The notes under the pieces were generated by a model. It ran no database searches, was not told the origin of the DNA, and saw only the letters and a program-made list of their open reading frames with translations. Both the position numbers and the translations under genes were made by a program. From Rhodothermales bacterium (GTDB lineage Bacteria; Bacteroidota; Rhodothermia; Rhodothermales; VXPQ01), in assembly GCA_965232485.1 (NCBI GenBank), contig OZ246975.1:1067246-1131245 (forward strand): a DNA stretch of 64,000 nt, written 5' to 3'. Below are positions 37,895 to 46,629 of this stretch, piece after piece (position 1 is the stretch's first letter; each line of letters opens with the position of its first letter).

Positions 37895-38371
37895 ATGCCC
37901 TCGCTCCTTTCCCACATGCTCGTCGGAGCGCTGATTATCGCCGCGCAATGGCTGGCGCTGGGACGACTCCATCTATGGAATGCCTGGCCAGACGCGGTGC
38001 TGCTCTATGTAGCCTGGACGGGCATGAAATTCGGGCGACGACAAGGAGCGCTTACCGGGTTTGCAAGCGGTTTTCTGATGGACGTCCTGTACGGAACATG
38101 GGGCATTCAGATGTTCGTGAAAACGCTGATCGGCTTTCTCATGGGACTTTTCCGGTCTGACGAGCGACAAATCTTTCCGATGATCCCTTCGTTCATTCTG
38201 GGGGGCAGCTTTGCCGTAGCCCTGTTGCACAACGGACTGTTCGCCCTGTTCACCGCCCTGAGCGCCGGCACGAAGAATATATCCATCGTCACCGGCGTCT
38301 GGCTGGGATCCTCGATCTACACCGCCGCGCTCGCCGGACTGGCCATGCTCTTCGCAACCAGAACGCGCTAA
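37895..38371 (+). CDS. MreD-like rod-shape membrane protein
   Basis: 158 aa, five hydrophobic segments, ..PDAVLLYVAWTGMKFGRRQGALTGFASGFLMDVLYG.. resembles MreD. No mreB/mreC adjacent, so the call is tentative. Confidence 0.5.
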   Translation: MPSLLSHMLVGALIIAAQWLALGRLHLWNAWPDAVLLYVAWTGMKFGRRQGALTGFASGFLMDVLYGTWGIQMFVKTLIGFLMGLFRSDERQIFPMIPSFILGGSFAVALLHNGLFALFTALSAGTKNISIVTGVWLGSSIYTAALAGLAMLFATRTR

Positions 38372-39258
38372 TCTATATGCGGGCGAAACGCCTTGATCAC
38401 GCGCGGCAACGCCTGATCCGTGACGCCGACCAGGGGAAGACGAAGCCGTCCCTCCATCCGACCCATTTCCGCCAGCATGGCCTTGACCGGAATCGGATTC
38501 GTCTCGTAGAAACAGGCCCGCATGGCTTCCAGCAAATGAAAATGCCGCCGCCGAGCCTCCCCGAAACGGCCCGCCAGCGCGGCGCGGGTCAGTTCAGAAA
38601 ACGCCGCAGGCGCCACATTGGCCACCACCGAAATCACGCCATGCCCGCCCATCGCGACCAACGGCAACATCATTTCGTCGTCTCCGGAATACACGGCCAA
38701 ATGATCGGGACGGCCCGCCAGCAAATCGCCAATCTGGGCGATGCTCCCTGAGGCTTCCTTGACGCCCGCCACCGTCGGAACTTCCTGCGCCAGCTCCAGC
38801 ATGGTGTCTGGAAGAATATTGAAGCTGGTGCGGCCCGGCACGTTGTACAGCATGATCGGGCAATCCGCCTCGGCGGCAATGGCATGTACGTGGGCCTTGA
38901 AGCCTGCTTGCGTCGGTTTGTTGTAGTACGGCCCCACTACAAGCAGGCCATCGGCCCCGGCGGCTTCCGCCTGCTTCGAAAAGACGATGCTTTCGCTGGT
39001 GGAATTGTTGCCCGTACCCACAATGACGGGAACGCGCCCCGCCACATGCTCAATGGCCGCAACCACCAGTCGTTCGCGCTCGACGGGCCAGATCGTAGCA
39101 TTCTCGCCTGTCGTGCCCAGAACGACCAGCGCCTCGACCCCTTCGGCTATCTGCCAGTCCACATGCCGGCGAAACGCCTCGTAATCGATGTGGTCTCCAT
39201 CCGGAGTAAACGGCGTTACGAGCGCCGTGCCCGTGCCGGTAAAAAGAAAATCGCTCAT
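38368..39258 (-). CDS. dapA: 4-hydroxy-tetrahydrodipicolinate synthase
   Basis: GTGTALVTPFT..VVLGTTGE..VIVGTGNNST..PYYNKPTQ..IMLYNVPGRT..VAGVKEASG (Schiff-base Lys). Confidence 0.95.
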   Translation of the reverse strand: MSDFLFTGTGTALVTPFTPDGDHIDYEAFRRHVDWQIAEGVEALVVLGTTGENATIWPVERERLVVAAIEHVAGRVPVIVGTGNNSTSESIVFSKQAEAAGADGLLVVGPYYNKPTQAGFKAHVHAIAAEADCPIMLYNVPGRTSFNILPDTMLELAQEVPTVAGVKEASGSIAQIGDLLAGRPDHLAVYSGDDEMMLPLVAMGGHGVISVVANVAPAAFSELTRAALAGRFGEARRRHFHLLEAMRACFYETNPIPVKAMLAEMGRMEGRLRLPLVGVTDQALPRVIKAFRPHID

Positions 39259-39352
39259 GCCTGTATCAGAGTATCAGAGTCCGATGATTCGGGTGAATAA
39301 ATCCGGCGTGCAAAAAGGCCGGACCGCTCGGCGCGCTATGCGCCGGAACGCA

Positions 39353-40111
39353 TTACGCGTCCAGCCATTCGTCCAGCAGATCGTCAAGGGTGAAAAATCC
39401 TTGATAGTCCAGCAGCCACTCGGCGGCCCATACGGCGCCGAACGCAAAGCCAAGCCGGTCTTTCGCCTCGTGCGAAAACACCAGTTTGTCGAACGAGCTG
39501 TCGAGCGAAATGTCGTGTTTGCCGACCATGTCGCCCAACCGGGACGAGGTTACGTGCAACGCATGAGGGTCGATGCGCCCGCGTTGCGTTTCGGTTTCAA
39601 TGCGATGCTTCCTGCCGAGCCTGTCCACAATCAGATTGCCCAGCATGAGCGCCGTGCCGGAAGGGCTGTCGGCCTTGTCGATATGATGGGATTCCTGGAC
39701 AACGACGTCATATATCTCCCATTCGTCAAGGAGGGGAAGAATGGCGCGGATGGCCCTTACAAGCAACGCCACGCCGATGGAGAAATTCGGGGCGTAGAGG
39801 ATGGAGCCGGCGTGCTTGTCCACCAGCGCCTGCGCTTCGTCGAGCCGGTCGTACCAACCGGTCGTGCCGATCACGGCGGGAATGCCCCAGCGACAATACC
39901 GTTCGATATTTTCCAGCGCCGCATCGGGAAGCGTAAAGTCGATGATCGCATCGGCGGATTTGAGGGAGCGAGGCAAATGCAGGGTATCGGGTAAGCGCGG
40001 ATATTCGTCGACATACTCGTCGAACCGGGCCACGATCTCGCAATCGCGCGCCTCAGCGACTTCGCTTACCGCTTCGCCCATCCGTCCCATTCCAACCAAC
40101 GCTATGCGCAT
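39353..40111 (-). CDS. dapB: 4-hydroxy-tetrahydrodipicolinate reductase
   Basis: MRIALVGMGRMG..DAIIDFTLP..IPAVIGTTGW..YAPNFSIGV..ESHHIDKADSPSGTAL. Confidence 0.9.
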   Translation of the reverse strand: MRIALVGMGRMGEAVSEVAEARDCEIVARFDEYVDEYPRLPDTLHLPRSLKSADAIIDFTLPDAALENIERYCRWGIPAVIGTTGWYDRLDEAQALVDKHAGSILYAPNFSIGVALLVRAIRAILPLLDEWEIYDVVVQESHHIDKADSPSGTALMLGNLIVDRLGRKHRIETETQRGRIDPHALHVTSSRLGDMVGKHDISLDSSFDKLVFSHEAKDRLGFAFGAVWAAEWLLDYQGFFTLDDLLDEWLDA

Positions 40112-40119
40112 AATCTTTA

Positions 40120-40377
40120 GGAAGCTCTGATTAAGTCCGCAAAGATTCAGAGGCTGACAGGCGTGCGCTGGCAAGGAATGACGAAGAAGGTAGTGTGGCG
40201 GCTCCGCGTAATGAGGAATGACACAGCCAGCGCACGCCTGTCAGCCTCCCGAAGGGCGCTTCACGACCGCGACAACCCGAATCCGCCGTGTGTTTCGCTA
40301 ATTTCAATAACGCCATCATGTCGTTTTTTACGCGTGAAAGTGAAGCGCTGATCAAAGTGGAGTTAATCAGAGCTTCC
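40120..40377 (-). mobile_element. Copy C of the repeat family: apparently intact MITE-like element (15-bp terminal inverted repeats, TTTA flanking duplication, internal 23-bp perfect hairpin)
   Basis: TIRs GGAAGCTCTGATTAA (40120..40134) and TTAATCAGAGCTTCC (40363..40377). TTTA at 40116..40119 and 40378..40381. Hairpin arms 40150..40172 and 40226..40248 are exact reverse complements. The core 40245..40300 matches copies A and B in reverse orientation. Confidence 0.7.
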
Positions 40378-40410
40378 TTTATCTATGCTGTATGTTCGTA
40401 CGCCCTGCCA

Positions 40411-42879
40411 TCAGGCCCCCAGCTCCGCCGCCTTGATAAGATCGGCCAAAATACCGGCGGCGGTCACCTGCGGACCTGCGCCGGGTCCCTGCACCACCAG
40501 TGGATTGTCCAGATATCGTTCCGTGGTGTACGCCACCATATTATTGCTGCCGTCAAGCCGCGCAAAAGGCGACCCCTGCTCGATACGCCGGATTTGCACG
40601 CTCAGCCGTCCTTCCTCCATGCGGCCTATGTACTGCAAGCATTGCCCCGCAGCCTCCGCTTCCGCCATCCGTTCTTTCCATGCGTCGTCCAGTTCGGGAA
40701 GGCGCTCCATGAATTCAGGCAACGGAATGGCGCGGAAGGCAGGCGGCGCCAGCGAATCAACCGAAATGTCGCTGCGTTCGGCATGAAGCCCCGCCTCCCT
40801 CGCCAGAATAAGAATCTTGCGGGCCACATCTTCTCCTTGCAGATCCTCCCTTGGGTCTGGCTCGGTGTACCCTTTCTGGCGGGCGGCGCGGACCGCTTCC
40901 GAAAACTTCATCCCCGTCGCCATGCTGTAGAAGATATACGCCAATGTCCCGGAAAACACGCCCTCGATGCGTATCACCCGGTCGCCGCTTCGAATCAGGT
41001 CGCGCAACGTGGAGATGACCGGAAGCCCCGCCCCTACCGTGGTTTCATAGAGATATGGAACCTGGCGGCGATACGCCGTGCTCAAAAGTTCTTCGTAGAA
41101 CGCCTGATCTTGCGTATTGGCGCGCTTGTTGGGCGTGATGATCGATATGGAGCGAGACAACAGGTCTGGATATTTCGCCGCCACTTCCCCGGAAGCCGTA
41201 GCGTCGATAACCATCATCCGGTGCAGCCGCCCGGCCTGGAGTTGATCCATCACTGCGTCGATTCCCCCCTGTTCGCCCTGTTCGAGCGCCTCAAGCGCCT
41301 CCGCAAAGGGAATGCCGCCCACGTTCCAGGCCATTTTCCGGGTATTCGCCAGGCCCACCAAGTGGATATTCAGCCGGAGCTCATGCAAAAGCGTTTCCTG
41401 CTGATCCTCCAGCATCTTGAGCAACGCCCGCCCAACCACGCCAACGCCGATAAGAAACACATGCACCCGGTGCCGCAACAAGGCAAATTCGTCATGAAGC
41501 ACATGCACGGCGTGTTTGCCTTCCGCATCGGAGACCACCGCCGAAATGTTCGTTTCCGAGGCGCCCTGCGCAATAGCCAACACATTGACGCCATCCCGCC
41601 CCAGCGTGGAAAACATGCGCCCGGCCAGCCCCGGACGTTGGCGCATGTTGTCTCCCACAACGGATACGATAGCGCATTGCCCGATGGAAAACACGCGCGC
41701 TACATCCCCCCGAACCAGTTCGAGTTCGAATTCCTCCCGAATCAGGCGGGTGGCGAGTTCGGCGTTCTCCGACGACACCACCGTGCAAAGGCTCTGTTCC
41801 GACGAGGCCTGCGCAATCAGAAACACATTGATGTTGCGGACGGCCAACGCGGTGAGCGCGCGCGCAGAAATACCGGGGATCCCGACGAGTCCGGTGCCTT
41901 CCAGCATCACCACCGCCACGTCCCGAATCGTGGTGATGGCTTTGACGTGCCCCTCCATCGTCGTGGTGTCCTTCGAGATCAGCGTGCCCGGCGCCGACGG
42001 ATTCAGCGCATTCCGGATACAAAGCGGAATGTTCTCTGCAAGCAAGGGGCGCATCGTACGGGAATGCAATACTTCCGCCCCGAAATAGGCCAGTTCCGAC
42101 GCTTCCTGATAACTAAGCCGGGGAAGGGCGAACGCTTCCGGCGCCAGCCGGGGATCGGCGGACAGCACCCCGTCCACATCGGTCCAGATGGTAACCCGCT
42201 CCGCGCCCAGCGCGCCTGCGATAATGGTGGCCGTATAATCGCTCCCCGAACGGCCCAGCGTGGTCGATACCTTGCGCAGCGTGGACCCCACGTAACCGGT
42301 CACCACGAAAATATCGTCCCCGTTCAGGGAAGCGAAGCGGGCGCGGACCCGTTCGGCGGTCTCCTCGAACAGCACGTTCGCCTCGCCGAACGAAGCATCC
42401 GTGCAAATGAATTTTCGGGCGTCTACGGCTTCCGCGCCCTGCCCCGCCGCGCGAAAAGCAGCCGCCACGATCGGGGCGGAAAGTTGCTCGCCAACGCCAA
42501 GCACCGCATCGCGGGCCCGGTCCGTACATTCCCGAAGCAGGTATACGCCGTCGAGGAGTTCGGTGAGCTCCAGCATTCGGGCCTCCACGAGGCCCCGCAG
42601 TAAATCCCGCTCCGCATCGCTTGCCGCCGCATCCGCAACGGCAAGATGCCGCGCCCCCAGGTCTCGAAGTATTTCGCCATGGTTTCCGGCGCGCGCAAGA
42701 GCCAGATCGATCGCTTCGAGCAGCGTATCCGTCACGCCGCCCAGCGCCGATACGACGACGATGCGCAACCCGTCGCGGTCCTCGTCCAGCACGAGTCGGG
42801 CGACCTGCTGAATACGCTCCGCCGTCGCCACGGAGGTGCCGCCAAACTTGTGCACGTAAACGGGACGTTCGGAACGCAT
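40411..42879 (-). CDS. thrA: Bifunctional aspartate kinase / homoserine dehydrogenase
   Basis: VHKFGGTSVA (AK N-terminus), ACT-domain region, then VFLIGVGVVGRALL.. homoserine dehydrogenase and ..VQGPGAGPQVTAAGILADL C-terminus. Confidence 0.95.
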   Translation of the reverse strand: MRSERPVYVHKFGGTSVATAERIQQVARLVLDEDRDGLRIVVVSALGGVTDTLLEAIDLALARAGNHGEILRDLGARHLAVADAAASDAERDLLRGLVEARMLELTELLDGVYLLRECTDRARDAVLGVGEQLSAPIVAAAFRAAGQGAEAVDARKFICTDASFGEANVLFEETAERVRARFASLNGDDIFVVTGYVGSTLRKVSTTLGRSGSDYTATIIAGALGAERVTIWTDVDGVLSADPRLAPEAFALPRLSYQEASELAYFGAEVLHSRTMRPLLAENIPLCIRNALNPSAPGTLISKDTTTMEGHVKAITTIRDVAVVMLEGTGLVGIPGISARALTALAVRNINVFLIAQASSEQSLCTVVSSENAELATRLIREEFELELVRGDVARVFSIGQCAIVSVVGDNMRQRPGLAGRMFSTLGRDGVNVLAIAQGASETNISAVVSDAEGKHAVHVLHDEFALLRHRVHVFLIGVGVVGRALLKMLEDQQETLLHELRLNIHLVGLANTRKMAWNVGGIPFAEALEALEQGEQGGIDAVMDQLQAGRLHRMMVIDATASGEVAAKYPDLLSRSISIITPNKRANTQDQAFYEELLSTAYRRQVPYLYETTVGAGLPVISTLRDLIRSGDRVIRIEGVFSGTLAYIFYSMATGMKFSEAVRAARQKGYTEPDPREDLQGEDVARKILILAREAGLHAERSDISVDSLAPPAFRAIPLPEFMERLPELDDAWKERMAEAEAAGQCLQYIGRMEEGRLSVQIRRIEQGSPFARLDGSNNMVAYTTERYLDNPLVVQGPGAGPQVTAAGILADLIKAAELGA

Positions 42880-43083
42880 GAAGCGAAGGAGTCGATGTAA
42901 AGCGCAGCGACGCGGATCGCCGACAATTCGGAGAAACGCCCGTCTGTTCCGACCGGGGCGTCTATTCCGCGAAAATCAAGCATATCCTGACAAGATACGC
43001 CGTAAGCAGAAAACGCGGAACGATTAATTAAAGGATACGCGGATTAAGCCTACGATGCAGGCGCGGCCTTTCCCGCGCGGAAA

Positions 43084-44859
43084 TCAACCGGTGCGATGCA
43101 TGAGCTCGACCTGATGCGGGCCGCGGACGAACTCCGGTTCTTCGAGGGATACCTCCAGCCGAATCGGCCCCGCAGGCAGGGAAAGCCCTTCGTACTGCAC
43201 GACGCCTTCCCCTGCCGCGGCCTCCGCAGAGTACTCCATATCCCCGGCTTGCAGCCGCACCGTCAGCGGATCGTCGGAAGGATCGAACCGCACCAGCACG
43301 TCGTAGACGCCTTCGCCCCGAACGTCCAGCAGCCAGAATCCCTGTGCATTGCGCTGCCATCCGCCCTGTATGACGCGCCAGTCCTGCCGGGTAAGAATCG
43401 TCGGGTTTTCGTGCGGCGTACCGATGCGAATACGCGGCGGCGCATAGTTGTCGGGCCGGGCGCTGCTTACGTCGTCGAACCAGGCGTCGTAGCGGGCTTT
43501 CAGGTCCGCCACGATCCCGGGACGCTCGGCGGCCAGATCTGCAAGCGCGTACGGATCCTCCAGCATATCGTACAATTCGAACGCGGGCGCCCCGTCCGGG
43601 AGCGCTTCCAGTCCGAAACCGCTGTTGTTCACCAGTTTCCAGCGCGGGGTGCGCACGGAAACATGGTTGTACCGGGCCGGCGCATTCCCCCGATGCGATT
43701 GCAGGACCAGCATGCGGTCGCTCTGATCCACCGTTTCGCCCAGCAAGGCGGGCAACAGACTCTCCCCGTCGATCACGCGATCGTCCGGCAACGCCACGCC
43801 CGCCGCGTCAAGCATCGTGGGCGTCAGATCGATATGCGCCGAAATGTGATCGTCGAGGCGACCCGGGGCAAGCCGCGCGGGCCAGCGCACCAGAAGCGGC
43901 GAGCGAATGCCCCCTTCGTATACCTCCCCTTTCATGCCTTCCATGCCCGCCACGTATCGGCGCGTGTTCGGCCCGTTATCCACGATGAACAGGACCAGCG
44001 TGTTCTCCGTCAGGCCCGCCTCGTCGAGCCAGGCCGTCAGGCGTCCCATGTTGTCGTCGATGTTGTCGATCATCGCAAAAATACGGGCGAGGCGATCCGG
44101 GTCGTTCTCTTCGGGCAACGGATGTCCGACTTCTTGCGGAAAGCCCGCGGGGTCCAGGTCCTCGGCGGCATAGTACGCGTACAGGTCCTCCGGCACGTCG
44201 TGATAGGGGGAATGGGGCGCATTCGCGGCAATGTAGGCAAAGAAGGGGCGTCCCTCCGCATGTTCCCGCTCCATCCACTGCCGGGCCTCGTCAAAGTAGA
44301 TATCGGTGCAATACCCGGTCATTTGCTCCAGTTCGCCATTGCGCAGCAGGACCGGATTGGCGTACGCCCCTTCCGCGCCGGGCGGATCCGAAGGCTGCCC
44401 GATCCCCCCGCCCCGGTGCACGAGCGTCTCCTCAAACCCTTGATCCTGCGGACGCATGGGATAATTGTCCCCAAGATGCCATTTCCCGAAAATGCCCGTG
44501 GCGTACCCTGCTTCCCGCAGCAATTCCGCCACAGTGATTTCGTCCGGCTCCATCATGGCCCGGCCCACCCAGGTATCCACGACGCGCGTCCGATAGTTGT
44601 AACGGCCCGTCATGAGCGACGCCCGCGTAGGCGCGCACACCGGACTGACATAAAACGGATTCACCTGTATGCTCTCCGACGCCAGTTCGTCCAGATGGGG
44701 CGTCCGGAGAATCGGATTGCCCGTAAACCCGAAATCCCCGTATCCCTGATCGTCCGTAATGACAAGCACGATGTTCGGGGGCGACGGCGCATCGGCGGAA
44801 GAACCGGCGCATCCTGCGAGCAGAAGCAGCAGAACGAGAAACAAGGGGGAAAAGCGCAT
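43084..44859 (-). CDS. Sulfatase (Cys-type formylglycine), lipoprotein
   Basis: The ATG at 44859 gives MRFSPLFLVLLLLLAGC. NIVLVITDDQGYGDFG..SPVCAPTRASLMTGR (CxPxR). Confidence 0.9.
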   Translation of the reverse strand: MRFSPLFLVLLLLLAGCAGSSADAPSPPNIVLVITDDQGYGDFGFTGNPILRTPHLDELASESIQVNPFYVSPVCAPTRASLMTGRYNYRTRVVDTWVGRAMMEPDEITVAELLREAGYATGIFGKWHLGDNYPMRPQDQGFEETLVHRGGGIGQPSDPPGAEGAYANPVLLRNGELEQMTGYCTDIYFDEARQWMEREHAEGRPFFAYIAANAPHSPYHDVPEDLYAYYAAEDLDPAGFPQEVGHPLPEENDPDRLARIFAMIDNIDDNMGRLTAWLDEAGLTENTLVLFIVDNGPNTRRYVAGMEGMKGEVYEGGIRSPLLVRWPARLAPGRLDDHISAHIDLTPTMLDAAGVALPDDRVIDGESLLPALLGETVDQSDRMLVLQSHRGNAPARYNHVSVRTPRWKLVNNSGFGLEALPDGAPAFELYDMLEDPYALADLAAERPGIVADLKARYDAWFDDVSSARPDNYAPPRIRIGTPHENPTILTRQDWRVIQGGWQRNAQGFWLLDVRGEGVYDVLVRFDPSDDPLTVRLQAGDMEYSAEAAAGEGVVQYEGLSLPAGPIRLEVSLEEPEFVRGPHQVELMHRTG

Positions 44860-44933
44860 CGTGCAGGAAGGTTTGGTCAGGTAAAAGGAGGGGCGACAAA
44901 TAAGGCGAACACCGAAAAGCAGGGAGGACATCG

Positions 44934-46466
44934 TCATTCGGTCAACCGCGCCGCAAGCGGCAGCGCGGGATCGCCGATCTCGGTCATGCGCTCCACGATA
45001 CGGGCGTCGAGATACCGGAGCGCGGCGCGAACCTCCGGCGTGTCCTCGGCAATAAGATTGACGCTTTCGGCGGGGTCGTCCGCCAGATTGAATAATTCGT
45101 CGCGGCGGGCGTCGAGCAGATCCCGGACCAGTTTCCATTCGGGCGTTCGCCAGGCGCGCATGTGGGTCCAGGACTGATGGTGCGTGGAATACTCTGCATA
45201 AAATTCGGTGGGCCAGTCCGACGGCGTCTCCCCTCGCAACAGCGGCGCGAAACTGCGGCCCCTGAGCGGCGTCCCGGCGGGCACGGCGGCCCCGCCTGTT
45301 TCCGCAAGGGTGTGATACCAGTCAAGATTGCTTACGATGGACTCCACGATCGCGCCGGGTTCAACCACGCCGGGCCAGCGAACCAGCAGCGGAACCTTGA
45401 GCGAATTGTCGTACATGTTCGGGCGCTGCCCCTGCGGCACATGATACGTCCCGGCGGGCGGATCGGTCAGAATCCAATGTCCGTTTCCCTTGTGCCATAC
45501 CCCGTTGTGGCCCATGTTGTAGCCATGATCGGACGTAAAAATGACCACGGTGTGCTCGGCAAGGCCCAGCTCATCCAGCGCATCCAGAATACGGCCCAGG
45601 TTCCGGTCGATGCTCGCCACGGCCGCGAGATATTCGGGCATATACCGGCGCAGCCGCTCCATATCAAGCAAGGGATACCCGGGATTGGGCAAAACCGGGT
45701 CGAGGCCCTCGTACGGCGCCCAGTCTTCTTCCGGCAAGGGAAGCCAGGCGGCATGGGGCGCCCGATAGTGGAGCGACAGCAGAAAAGGCTCCTCCCGTCG
45801 CGCCCGCAGAAATTCGATGGCCCGGTCCGTAAAAATATCCTGGGGGAATCCCTCGTATACGGCCGTCGCGCCGCGCTCTTCGAGCGTAGCGTCTCGCGGA
45901 GGAATGCCGCCCGCGCGAAATCCGAAGAAATAATCGTACCCCATGGTAAGGGGGTGTTGCTTGTCCCGGGTTCCAAGATGCCATTTCCCGATCAACCCTG
46001 TCTCATACCCCTCCTGATTCAGCAAATCCACCCACGTGAGCAGGCCCGAATCCAGTCCGTGATCCACCTCGCGCTGAGGATGAATCCAGTCCCGTACGCC
46101 CACCTCCGAGCCATAGCGCCCCGTCATGAGTTCGGCCCGGGACGGACTGCATACCGGCGTCGCCACGAATGCGTTGCGGAAAAAGGCGCCCTCCGCCGCA
46201 AGGCGATTCATGTGGGGCGTATGCAAGTCCGGGTGCCCCGCGCCCAGCGCGGCGAAATCTTCGGGTGCGTCTTGCAAGGCGCGCCCCATGGACTCTTCAA
46301 GCGGATGACCTTCCGCGCCCAGCGCCCATGGGGCCTGATCGTCGGTCAGAATGAAAAGAATGTTGGGTTTTTTCGGGGCTTCGACGGCAGGCGTATCCTG
46401 GCCCGCCGCCGGAGAGGCCAATGCGACGACCGCCAACAGGGCCAGCGCAGCGCATGTCGGGCGCAT
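44934..46466 (-). CDS. Sulfatase (Cys-type formylglycine), secreted
   Basis: The ATG at 46466 gives MRPTCAALALLAVVALASPAAGQ. NILFILTDDQAPW..TPVCSPSRAELMTGR. Confidence 0.9.
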   Translation of the reverse strand: MRPTCAALALLAVVALASPAAGQDTPAVEAPKKPNILFILTDDQAPWALGAEGHPLEESMGRALQDAPEDFAALGAGHPDLHTPHMNRLAAEGAFFRNAFVATPVCSPSRAELMTGRYGSEVGVRDWIHPQREVDHGLDSGLLTWVDLLNQEGYETGLIGKWHLGTRDKQHPLTMGYDYFFGFRAGGIPPRDATLEERGATAVYEGFPQDIFTDRAIEFLRARREEPFLLSLHYRAPHAAWLPLPEEDWAPYEGLDPVLPNPGYPLLDMERLRRYMPEYLAAVASIDRNLGRILDALDELGLAEHTVVIFTSDHGYNMGHNGVWHKGNGHWILTDPPAGTYHVPQGQRPNMYDNSLKVPLLVRWPGVVEPGAIVESIVSNLDWYHTLAETGGAAVPAGTPLRGRSFAPLLRGETPSDWPTEFYAEYSTHHQSWTHMRAWRTPEWKLVRDLLDARRDELFNLADDPAESVNLIAEDTPEVRAALRYLDARIVERMTEIGDPALPLAARLTE

Positions 46467-46629
46467 CGCGCGGCGGCAAGGCGGAACAAGAACGCCGGGC
46501 CCTGCGAGGCGAGCGGAGCGAGGCCCGAAACCCGGCGGGCGGAGCAAGCGAAAAAACAAGGTTTGTACGTCGGTCATGGGGTCTGCGGGAAAATGCAAGG
46601 GCTGCGGGAAAGCTCCTTTCTGTTTCCGG

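Noticed and set aside
38368-38371. Convergent mreD-like and dapA genes overlap at their stop codons (TAA at 38369..38371 against TAG complement at 38368..38370).
   Set aside because: It is real in the sequence, but tail-to-tail overlaps of a few nt are common in compact genomes and no functional implication can be supported.
43084-45138. Long N-terminal extensions of track ORFs: 43084..45138, 44934..46598, 20976..22268, 50329..53247, 59015..60259, 59818..61413, 61436..62233, 9128..10495, 28938..31613, 34584..35984.
   Set aside because: The extensions are Arg-rich, overlap upstream genes and precede internal start codons that yield proper signal peptides or the canonical N-termini of the family. 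The shorter coordinates are reported instead.
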